DNA from: a virus
Taxonomy: Duplodnaviria; Heunggongvirae; Uroviricota; Caudoviricetes
Length of the DNA: 9,761 nucleotides
IMG/VR virus record: IMGVR_UViG_2698536369_000012
Location: 1-9,761 of that record
Direction: 5' to 3' (one strand)
Below the pieces are notes generated by a model. That model made no database searches, was not told the DNA's origin, and saw only the letters and a list, made by a program, of their open reading frames with translations. Positions 1-6,984 of this stretch are shown piece after piece (position 1 is the first letter of the stretch; every line of letters starts with the position of its first letter). A program made the position numbers and the translations under genes.

Positions 1-134
1 GCAATGGCCAGCTCTTCGTCACGCATGTTCTGCATGATGATGCGACGGCGGCGGTAAGCCGGGTCCGCCAGATTCTGCGGATCTTCATCCGGCAGGCGAC
101 GCAGGGTCATCTGCGGATTCACTTCATGCTTCGG
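1..134 (-). pseudogene. 3' internal fragment of a lambda-type major capsid protein E gene; runs off the left edge, 5' side cut by an in-frame TAG at 135-137
   Basis: Minus-strand translation of 1-134 gives PKHEVNPQMTLRRLPDEDPQNLADPAYRRRRIIMQNMRDEELAIA, which I recognise as an internal segment of phage lambda gpE. The next upstream codon (plus 135-137) is a stop, and sequence beyond it is AT-rich and unrelated. Confidence 0.7.
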
Positions 135-213
135 CTACATGAGTCAAATATGAAAGGATGTGAATGAATTTACTTGATAAAACATCATCAAATCGACATT
201 ATTCCTCCTTAAT

Positions 214-237
214 GCAATACAGCGTGCAATACAGCGT
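214..237. repeat. Perfect tandem direct repeat GCAATACAGCGT x2 upstream of the nuclease-domain gene
   Basis: Read directly: gcaatacagcgt at 214-225 and again at 226-237. Confidence 0.6.
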
Positions 238-240
238 GAA

Positions 241-283
241 GTGACATAAATCTGTTCATAGATTCAAGGTGTATAAATATTTA
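241..283 (+). promoter_or_regulatory. Putative sigma70-type promoter region for the 318-1190 gene
   Basis: AT-rich stretch with GTGACA (241-246) and TATAAAT (272-278) about 40 nt upstream of the start; exact -35/-10 spacing is not canonical, so this is tentative. Confidence 0.25.
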
Positions 284-317
284 ACCGTTACTCTGATGAT
301 TGGAACGAGGCTGCACA

Positions 318-1190
318 ATGACTAAAAACACTGGCAGAGATTATGAGGAATTTGTTGGGGCGATTCATCAAAGCTTGATACAAGCTGAGAAAATTTCTCA
401 CTTGAAAAACATCACCGTTGAAGTAAACAAAAAAATCGTAGATAAAAACGGCATAACTAGGCAATTCGATGTGTATTGGGAATTTAACTTAGGAGGTTAT
501 GAATATAAGACCGTAATCGAATGCAAAGACTACGCTTCAAGTGTAAGCATCGAGAAAATTGACGCATTCATCGGAAAAACAGCAGATATTCCCGGCCTAA
601 GACTAATTTATGCAACCAAAACAGGGTATCAAAGTGGGGCTCAAAAAAAAGCCGAACAATATAAAATTGACCTTCTAATAGTTCGTGAAGCTGATAACGA
701 AGACTGGCGCGCGCCAGATGGAACACCACTTATCAAAACTATTCAATTGAATATCGTCGCGATAACTCCCCCCAGAATAACTGCATTCTCACCAATGATA
801 GATGCAAGCTGGCTTGAGTCGCAAAAAAATTTAAACATAGATGATTTAAATTCAAGGTTCAGTCGACTACTTAACAACCAAATATTCATCGTTGATAATA
901 CTACCCACGACAAGTATTCTCTCTGCGACTTAGAAAACTCCTTATCCGCGAGAGTACCTAACATCCAATATGGTGCAGGTACTTACAAAGAAGAGCTAAC
1001 CGACGCTTATTTAGAGTTAGAAAATGGTGATTTAAGATTAAAGCTGAGAGGTTACTCACTTAATTACACATATAACAAACCGGCAGAGACAATTTCTACA
1101 ATTGACTATTCAAAAGAGTTATTGGGAATTGTTCAAAACTATACCTCTGGCGCTAAGAAAATGGTTTTCAAAGACGGAATTATAAAGTAA
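318..1190 (+). CDS. Mrr-like PD-(D/E)xK restriction-endonuclease-domain protein with an uncharacterised C-terminal domain (~290 aa); candidate defence or restriction gene
   Basis: ORF track 300-1190. The first ATG is at 318 with GAGG at 307-310 (7-nt spacing); the track's first codon at 300 is TTG. The N-terminal ~120 aa carry the Mrr catalytic-domain pattern (DYEEFV ... FDVYWEF ... VIECKDY ... GLRLIYATKTGYQSGA ... IDLLIV), i.e. a D...E.K nuclease core. Residues ~125-290 match nothing I recognise. The gene is markedly AT-rich compared with its flanks. Confidence 0.75.
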   Translation: MTKNTGRDYEEFVGAIHQSLIQAEKISHLKNITVEVNKKIVDKNGITRQFDVYWEFNLGGYEYKTVIECKDYASSVSIEKIDAFIGKTADIPGLRLIYATKTGYQSGAQKKAEQYKIDLLIVREADNEDWRAPDGTPLIKTIQLNIVAITPPRITAFSPMIDASWLESQKNLNIDDLNSRFSRLLNNQIFIVDNTTHDKYSLCDLENSLSARVPNIQYGAGTYKEELTDAYLELENGDLRLKLRGYSLNYTYNKPAETISTIDYSKELLGIVQNYTSGAKKMVFKDGIIK

Positions 1191-1247
1191 CAGCATATCA
1201 TTCGAAGTGATTTCCTAATCTAGTGATAAGTCGTTCAATATAAAGAT

Positions 1248-1285
1248 GCGGCCCTTAGCAGGGCCCATTTCACTTTCCTCTCTTC
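1248..1285 (+). terminator. Possible intrinsic terminator downstream of the 318-1190 gene
   Basis: GC stem GGCCC (1250-1254) / GGGCC (1261-1265) with a 6-nt loop, followed by a T-rich tract catttcactttcctctcttc. Confidence 0.35.
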
Positions 1286-1468
1286 GATTAAATCACGAAT
1301 TAAATCACAGCGAACTCAGTTTACAGTCTCAGTATATTTTTTAAACCTATGTTCATTTTCTGCCAATCTGCATTTCATATAATCCGCCCAGCATTTGAAA
1401 AGTGCTTCATCAGTGCCTAGGTAAGCATATAAATATCCCTTAAGAGCTTGGTCAGTAAGCACACTCTC

Positions 1469-1954
1469 CTAATCCCAGTCCACAATGAATTGACGGAAAA
1501 AACCGAATGATTTTGCCGGATCCACATTCCTCCATGTTCCCACCACGATACCAAACACCGGAATCTTAAACGTTACCATTATAGGAAAATCTTCATACCC
1601 AACTTGCTCGATAACTTCTTCTGGTTGTCTTAAACCTGTAGAGATGATACTTCCCTGATAAATTGCTCACCCTCCGGCCAGATGCGCATACCACATTTTG
1701 TCTTCGACATAGATCCACGCAGAAATGATTGCGCCCCCGATACGGCTCTTTCCATAAACTAACAAAACGGGATTCACCTGAGCGGTTGTGTTCGGTACGC
1801 CACAAAACGCATAGGATGCCTTGTAATCCGCATTCTGCTTACTCAATAGCTCACCAGCAGGGCGCATAAGGCTGTTGCGATAGTGCAGAAGTAGGCCACG
1901 ACCATGAAGCGAAGCCAGCGGCGCGTTATTGTCTACTTTAGTGTAGAGCCTGAT
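1469..1954 (-). pseudogene. Decayed gene of unknown family: ~160-codon reading frame with an internal in-frame TGA and no start codon at its 5' end
   Basis: Minus-strand frame translates as IRLYTKVDNNAPLASLHGRGLLLHYRNSLMRPAGELLSKQNADYKASYAFCGVPNTTAQVNPVLLVYGKSRIGGAIISAWIYVEDKMWYAHLAGG, then TGA at plus 1667-1669, then the same frame continues AIYQGSIISTGLRQPEEVIEQVGYEDFPIMVTFKIPVFGIVVGTWRNVDPAKSFGFFRQFIVDWD to a stop at 1469-1471. The track shows only the 66-aa piece (1667-1867). Confidence 0.4.
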
Positions 1955-2015
1955 TCAACGCAGGGGTGAGAGTTTTTTCTGGTGACAGACCGCGACAGAC
2001 GGCAACAAAACCAGA

Positions 2016-2070
2016 GAAAGGAAACGACACTGTCCAAAAAACACGTTTTCAGCATCTGTTGTTTCCTTTC
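2016..2070. repeat. Long inverted repeat: 14-bp arms (one mismatch) around a 27-nt loop, T-rich on both flanks
   Basis: gaaaggaaacgaca (2016-2029) pairs with tgttgtttcctttc (2057-2070); followed by tttttag on plus, and by a T-rich run on the minus-strand side as well. Confidence 0.5.
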
Positions 2071-2235
2071 TTTTTAGTGGGTGTTTCTAATAAAAACATT
2101 AAGTTACGGCGAAGAAGAACGGAAACGCTTTAAACCGGAAAATTTTCATAAATAGCAAAAAACTGCGCGCCTGACGCCCCGTAGTCTGCCGGATTGCCGG
2201 AAAGGACCCGCCAGCCAGAGCGGGCCCTAATTTCA

Positions 2236-2619
2236 TCAACCAATCAGCTTATAGCGACCATCCCGTGCATTGCGGCGTACACGCTCAATCTTGAGGCATA
2301 GCGCCGCATCTGGCTTTTTTGGGACAGGTACGCGGCAATATTCAGAAGCGCGAGGAATATTATTTATCCAGTCGATCACTTCACTTAAATACCAGGCCTT
2401 ACGCCCTTCCGTAACCTGCACACGCTCCGGGAACTCTCCACTAGCCTCAAGGTTTAGCAGTGTACGACGACTCAGGGTTGTAATTTCCATCACCTGATTC
2501 ATATCAACAAGGCGCTCGCTTAAACACATTTTGTCAGCGATAGCTTTTAATTCCTCTACAGCTGGATTCGGGTACATCATTTCGGCAATTGGCTTAAGGT
2601 CATTGTAATCATTCTGCAT
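2236..2619 (-). CDS. AlpA/Xis-type (MerR-like) helix-turn-helix DNA-binding protein, 127 aa, with N- and C-terminal extensions
   Basis: Central segment VMEITTLSRRTLLNLEASGEFPERVQVTEGRKAWYLSEVIDWI fits the AlpA/excisionase pattern (ITxLSRxTL ... G.FP ... W..SEV..WI). Strong RBS AGGGGGA 4 nt before the ATG, 11 nt after the stop of the decoration gene. Confidence 0.7.
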   Translation of the reverse strand: MQNDYNDLKPIAEMMYPNPAVEELKAIADKMCLSERLVDMNQVMEITTLSRRTLLNLEASGEFPERVQVTEGRKAWYLSEVIDWINNIPRASEYCRVPVPKKPDAALCLKIERVRRNARDGRYKLIG

Positions 2620-2630
2620 TGTATCCCCCT

Positions 2631-2972
2631 TTACACACGAGCCAGCGGCTGAACAGAAATACCTGAGCCAACAAACGCTGCAACCTTTACTGACAGTTCT
2701 TTAACAGACTCAGGCCAGTTCAGAGCATCAACATTTAAGACACCTGTCTTATAGACCTGAGCCTGTGTTTTTTTCGCGGTGTCGATTTGTACAGCGGAAA
2801 CATAAACCGCTTTACCTACGCTCGAACCATCCCATACCACCAGTGCACCTGTTGCATCTTCCTGCATCAGTGGCGTAAATGCAGGAATTACCCCTTTATT
2901 AGCTGAAAATATCCCCAGCGTAGTCACCAGTGCTTCAGTGCCAGCCATGAGTTCAGTGTAATGAGTAGCCAT
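2631..2972 (-). CDS. Lambda gpD-type head decoration protein homologue (113 aa)
   Basis: PAFTPLMQEDATGALVVWDG ... YKTGVLNVDALNWPE ... AAFVGSGISV parallels lambda gpD as I recall it ([20 protein letters not shown] ... YKSGTFRYEDVLWPE ... TAFAGTAISIV). Its RBS GGGGGAG overlaps the stop codon of the upstream capsid gene. Confidence 0.8.
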   Translation of the reverse strand: MATHYTELMAGTEALVTTLGIFSANKGVIPAFTPLMQEDATGALVVWDGSSVGKAVYVSAVQIDTAKKTQAQVYKTGVLNVDALNWPESVKELSVKVAAFVGSGISVQPLARV

Positions 2973-2981
2973 TGCTCCCCC

Positions 2982-4022
2982 TTAGCCAATGCGAACGGTA
3001 ACAAAACGATTGATGCGGGCCGGTATTGGCTGTGGTGCTGAATGTGTCTGCACATATTCAATAGCCGGATCACCAGGCACAATATAGTTTTTCGGCGCAA
3101 GTTCGGCTTTAGTCAGCCCCATTCGGATTAGCTCCGGATCCTGAATACCGCCATAGGCGACAATCCCCTGAAGAGCCGTATTGCCAAGCACCATCAAATC
3201 AGGATCAAGGAAATGTTTTTCAGTTCCGTCCTCGTCGGTATAACGCCCGCTGTATACAACAATCGCAACATCGCCCATATACCCTTTAAAACTCACCGAA
3301 TCACCAAGGTCTTTGAGGGCCGTTTCCAGTTCGGAATTAGAACCACGACGGGTATCCAGAGCCTCTTTTATCGCTCTGAATGAACGGTATTTCTTCCATA
3401 CATTACCGCCCATAATGATGATATTAGTGACGCCCTCACTAAATTCTGCGTAGCTCTCAATATCATCATTTGGATCAAAAGTTTCTTTATCCTTACCTGA
3501 CCACTCAGCACCGCCAAACTGAGTGATGATATTTTGTGGTTTAATATTCCAGTCCAGCTCATAACGTTCAATACCATCGCCCTCAATGATATTTTTCCCC
3601 GTTGTGATTGCCTGAACGGCAAGCCATTCAATACGTGCACGAATAGCTTTAGCCTGATTTACAATCGCCTGTTTAACTTTAATATTACGCGCTCCAAAAG
3701 CATTGTATTGCTCAGGTGATACACCAGCAGGGCGCACAGCTAACTTATTTGGATCAATGCTGCTTTTCGGCTTCATATAGCCTGGACGAATTGTTTTTGA
3801 TTCGTACCCTTCGTCACGTGAAACTTTACTACCCACCATAGGAGAACAAAACGCTGCAATTGGGATATTTGGATCGTCGATTGTATCAAGAATAATATCG
3901 CGCGATTCAAACATTACCGAGCGAGTAAAAAACAAACTGGTAAACAACGCATTTAGTTGTTTTTGTACATCTACAGCATTAACCACCTGTACAAGCTGGG
4001 TAGGCGAATATAAATCAACCAT
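2982..4022 (-). CDS. Lambda gpE-type major capsid protein, full length (~346 aa), divergent from lambda
   Basis: Blocks GGAEWSGKDKETFDPNDDIESYA and TRRGSNSELETALKDLGDSVSFKGYMGDVAIVVYSGRY closely match recalled lambda gpE (GGTEWSKRDKSTYDPTDDIEAYA; TRRGSNSELETAVKDLGKAVSYKGMYGDVAIVVYSGQY). The track ORF runs to 4196, but the start is most likely ATG at 4022 (MVDLYSPTQL...), which has GAGG 6 nt upstream and gives a lambda-E-like length; ATG at 4028 is an alternative. Confidence 0.85.
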   Translation of the reverse strand: MVDLYSPTQLVQVVNAVDVQKQLNALFTSLFFTRSVMFESRDIILDTIDDPNIPIAAFCSPMVGSKVSRDEGYESKTIRPGYMKPKSSIDPNKLAVRPAGVSPEQYNAFGARNIKVKQAIVNQAKAIRARIEWLAVQAITTGKNIIEGDGIERYELDWNIKPQNIITQFGGAEWSGKDKETFDPNDDIESYAEFSEGVTNIIIMGGNVWKKYRSFRAIKEALDTRRGSNSELETALKDLGDSVSFKGYMGDVAIVVYSGRYTDEDGTEKHFLDPDLMVLGNTALQGIVAYGGIQDPELIRMGLTKAELAPKNYIVPGDPAIEYVQTHSAPQPIPARINRFVTVRIG

Positions 4023-4196
4023 ACGCATCCTCTTTGCATTCATTAAAAATAATTGTGGATATATGCTATCACCGATATTTGTCATGCGAATACATGCAAC
4101 CGAGTGCAATGTTGTATAAAGTTTTGGGATGACAACTTCAGCGCGGATAATTAGTGTTAATATCTTCACTCCCTTTGGTCTGGATTTATGTAGCAT

Positions 4197-4230
4197 GCCG
4201 GAAAATTTATTTTTTTCCGGCCTTTTTTAT
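4197..4230. terminator. Strong hairpin between the SSB and capsid genes; T-tract lies on the plus-strand side, so function for the minus-strand operon is uncertain
   Basis: gccggaaaa (4197-4205) / ttttccggc (4213-4221), a perfect 9-bp stem with 7-nt loop, followed on plus by cttttttat. May act bidirectionally or as an RNA structural element. Confidence 0.3.
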
Positions 4231-4239
4231 TGGCAATAT

Positions 4240-4689
4240 TTAAAACGGAATATCATCTCCCCATTGCTCATTATCTCCCACTGGTGGATGGCTTCCTTGC
4301 TGATCTGCCTGTTGTTTTGCTCTGTTCAGTGCGTCAGTAGCCTGACCCTGTTGATCTTTTTTGCCGCCCGGTCGCACAGTTCGCGCACTGATTACGCTGT
4401 CTGCGATAACCTGCCACCCCTGCCGCGTTTCACCGTTCTGTCCAGTCCACTGGCTCACCTGCATATTACCCGCCACGCTCAGGAGTTCGCCTTTGTGATG
4501 CTTTGCCAGCGCGTCGGCTTGTCTGCCAAACGCCAGCACAGATAACCACATCGTCGCCGTTCCGTCATCTGCCTGGCTGCATGGCAAAGATACCGCCATC
4601 CGTGCCAGTGTCATGGGTGTTCCCTTGCTGGTATGTTTTACCTGTGGGTCGTCCACCAGCCGCCCGTAAGCTGCTATTTGCGCCGTCAT
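4240..4689 (-). CDS. ssb: Single-stranded DNA-binding protein (SSB), 149 aa
   Basis: OB-fold-like N-terminal region, a Gly/Gln-rich linker (QQGQATDALNRAKQQADQQG) and the hallmark acidic C-terminal tail ending DDIPF. Confidence 0.8.
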   Translation of the reverse strand: MTAQIAAYGRLVDDPQVKHTSKGTPMTLARMAVSLPCSQADDGTATMWLSVLAFGRQADALAKHHKGELLSVAGNMQVSQWTGQNGETRQGWQVIADSVISARTVRPGGKKDQQGQATDALNRAKQQADQQGSHPPVGDNEQWGDDIPF

Positions 4690-4700
4690 GCTGCCTGCTC

Positions 4701-4943
4701 TCAGGACTTAATATTGATGGTTGTCACTTCCTCCGCTTCGGCAATCTCCCGTTCGGTCAGCGTGGCAAAGTTTGCAGCCGCCGTTGTCATGAATGCGCTT
4801 ATCAGTTCGGGATGTGCTTTCGCGTATCCTTCCCCGGCGTTGCGGTCTATTGCCTTAATCGCCACCCTTAGCCAGTGTTCAGCCATATCAAGGGCGCGGT
4901 AATGTGGCTTTATATGTTTGTTCAGTTTTCCTGATGTGTGCAT
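4701..4943 (-). CDS. Hypothetical small protein (80 aa), first gene downstream of the iteron region
   Basis: ORF track; GAGGGGG upstream of the ATG; stop lies 11 nt before the SSB start. No recognisable motif. Confidence 0.45.
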   Translation of the reverse strand: MHTSGKLNKHIKPHYRALDMAEHWLRVAIKAIDRNAGEGYAKAHPELISAFMTTAAANFATLTEREIAEAEEVTTINIKS

Positions 4944-4990
4944 TTTTATTTTTACCCCCTCGTTTAAAAAGTTTTTTGTGCACCACCACC

Positions 4991-5218
4991 TTGTCTACCT
5001 TGTCTACCTGATTAGTTATCAGGCCAGTAATGGCGCGGGTTTCAGGGAGGTAGACAGCCCCAAATAGCTGTCTACCTCATCTCTACCCGTCTCCTTACCT
5101 GTCTACAAAAATGGGTAGATAAGGTAGATAACAGGTAGACAGTGAAAAATAGTTATCTACCTGCATTAATACATTGAAATAAAAGTATTTTATTTCAGTC
5201 AGGTAGACAAGGTAGATA
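4991..5218. repeat. Iteron array: at least 12 copies of the octamer GGTAGA(C/T)A / TGTCTACC in both orientations, with an AT-rich spacer; putative replication origin
   Basis: Copies read at 4991-4999, 5000-5008, 5049-5056, 5069-5076, 5080-5088 (variant), 5100-5107, 5114-5121, 5123-5130, 5134-5141, 5153-5161, 5202-5209 and 5211-5218. AT-rich block at 5161-5200. Sits immediately 3' of the primase-helicase gene. Confidence 0.7.
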
Positions 5219-5232
5219 ACCATTGCCATTTT

Positions 5233-6984
5233 TTATAAAAACGCATCGCAATCATCAGTAGTCGTTGCGTTGGTCTGCGTGACTCCCTTAACTTTTCGCG
5301 TAATATATTCATATCCGTAAACTTTCGCCGCTGACCTCATAGCCTTTCCGAACTCATTCACGCTCAAACATTTCCCCTTTCCTGTATATGCCATGAAGGC
5401 CATATAGACACGGTAAAGGCTGTTTCTGGTCGTGTACTTCACGGTGTCACCACCACCGCCCATCATTAGCCCACGAGCTTCCTCCAGAAACTCCAGCGCC
5501 GCGCAAAGCTCAACAACCGGATCCGTTTGCTGCTTTATTGCCAGAGCTTCATCACCGTCACGCTGTTCCAGTAATAAAGCCCGTGCCTTTTCAGGGTCAG
5601 CAAAATTAGCCAGCAAGCGGCGGATAATTACGGGGATTTCTGCCGCTATCTTTTCCGGTAATTCCTTGTCTTTTTCGTCCTCCCTTACAATGTTGTCGAA
5701 CCGGAAAATCACCCGACGGCGTGACACACCTCCGGCCCGTTCGGTAAAGATCATCGGGTCGTTATTGGTTGCCAGTACCACCGCCCTTATTATCGTCGTG
5801 AATCGCTTCTCATATTTCGGGTTAATTTCAACGGGATCGCCTCCCGTGATTTTCTTGATGCCCGTGCCTTCCCCCGTATATTTCGGCTGATCGGCAAGGA
5901 CGATAAGACGACTCCCGACAACCTGCGCGCGCCCTCCTGCATCATCGAGTGATGTCATCTCTGCGCTTACGGTGTTCTGTTTGCCAGCAAGCAGGGTGGC
6001 AATATGGGTAAATGTACTCTTACCGCTTCCCCCGTCTCCGGTGGCCTCAATGAACATCTGCCAGTCGTAGCGGTTCGCCATAATCATGTATAACGCGGCA
6101 CATATACGCATCATCTTGCGCGGGTCTTTTCCTGCAGCATGTTCAAGCCATTTATGGAAATTTGGCGCATTATCGCGGATGTTTTCCCCTGCTACTGGTG
6201 GCGTGTACTCAATGCCATTGTGCGTGGTGCTCCAGTGCTCCGGTGAGTGCGGAGAAAAATCCCCCGTTTTCAGGTTAAGCACACCATTAGTGAACGGTAG
6301 TAAATCACCGGACGGCTCCCCCATGGGGTCGGCAATAACTTTTAACGCTTCCACGGCGTTATTGATTACACGTTTGCTGAACGTGGCCCTGTGCTCTGAA
6401 TAGATCGCCACCATTTCGCGGCTCAGCTCCATTGTGCTGACCGGACACCATACCCCGCCGCGCCATACGTGGACGATTTCACTTTCTGCATGAACACACA
6501 CACCATCAAAGCGATCGGCAAGTAGTTGTGCACGTTCACTGTCTGCCATCTGTGAAAGTTGCGCCTTTTGCTTCGTCGGAAGATTAAGCACCAGACTTTC
6601 CCCACGCTCGCATTCCTCTTTGAGTCGCGGCAACTGGTCGGATAAATCCACGGGGCTGGTGTCAGTAATCCCCGCGTATTCGTGTACGGTCTTCACTCCA
6701 GCCACAGCCAGTAACGTAACAATCTGCGTCATGCTGTGCTCTGTGATATGTCCTGCGCGGTAAACACGCACACACTGACGATCTTCATCAATGATCCGGT
6801 AATCGATGATGTTTTTCAGTTGCTCATCAGCCAGCACGACAGGCGGCACATCGTCGGCGGCAATATGTTTACCCGCCCATTCCTGCCACTCTTTCGCATG
6901 GCTCCACGCATCACTACCTGCAAAGATGATTACCTCTGTCAGTCTGTCGCGTGGCTGTTTTTTTAAGTTCGGTGCCAGTTTCAT
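5233..6984 (-). CDS. Replication primase-helicase, P4-alpha/D5-type with SF3 helicase domain (583 aa)
   Basis: Walker A GDGGSGKST, Walker B-like RLIVLADQP and motif C VVLATNND are in the order typical of D5/P4-alpha SF3 NTPases. RBS AGGGG lies 7 nt upstream. The start overlaps the upstream gene's stop (ATGA). Confidence 0.85.
   Translation of the reverse strand: MKLAPNLKKQPRDRLTEVIIFAGSDAWSHAKEWQEWAGKHIAADDVPPVVLADEQLKNIIDYRIIDEDRQCVRVYRAGHITEHSMTQIVTLLAVAGVKTVHEYAGITDTSPVDLSDQLPRLKEECERGESLVLNLPTKQKAQLSQMADSERAQLLADRFDGVCVHAESEIVHVWRGGVWCPVSTMELSREMVAIYSEHRATFSKRVINNAVEALKVIADPMGEPSGDLLPFTNGVLNLKTGDFSPHSPEHWSTTHNGIEYTPPVAGENIRDNAPNFHKWLEHAAGKDPRKMMRICAALYMIMANRYDWQMFIEATGDGGSGKSTFTHIATLLAGKQNTVSAEMTSLDDAGGRAQVVGSRLIVLADQPKYTGEGTGIKKITGGDPVEINPKYEKRFTTIIRAVVLATNNDPMIFTERAGGVSRRRVIFRFDNIVREDEKDKELPEKIAAEIPVIIRRLLANFADPEKARALLLEQRDGDEALAIKQQTDPVVELCAALEFLEEARGLMMGGGGDTVKYTTRNSLYRVYMAFMAYTGKGKCLSVNEFGKAMRSAAKVYGYEYITRKVKGVTQTNATTTDDCDAFL

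Noticed and set aside
1-300. tRNA or att site at the left junction
   Set aside because: I could not find a cloverleaf-compatible sequence or a conserved tRNA 3' end; the left flank is capsid-gene coding sequence instead.
743-1867. Minus-strand ORFs 743-964 and 1593-1805
   Set aside because: 743-964 is antisense within the nuclease-domain gene. 1593-1805 is an Arg-rich alternative frame overlapping the longer interrupted frame at 1469-1954, which I prefer.
1960-2110. Retron-like msr/msd structure or CRISPR-type repeats
   Set aside because: There is only a single long inverted repeat. No reverse transcriptase gene, no regularly spaced repeat-spacer units and no cas genes are present in the window.
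2270-2497. Plus-strand ORF 2270-2497 (75 aa)
   Set aside because: Antisense to the AlpA-like gene; Arg/Ser-rich shadow frame.
3368-3719. ORFs 3368-3640 (minus) and 3534-3719 (plus) inside the capsid gene
   Set aside because: Alternative-frame and antisense ORFs within the strongly supported E-like coding sequence.
4129-4902. Plus-strand ORFs 4129-4545, 4503-4871 and 4633-4902
   Set aside because: They are antisense to the SSB and 80-aa genes and cross the SSB/capsid intergenic hairpin. Translations are Cys/Leu/Arg-rich with no recognisable motifs.
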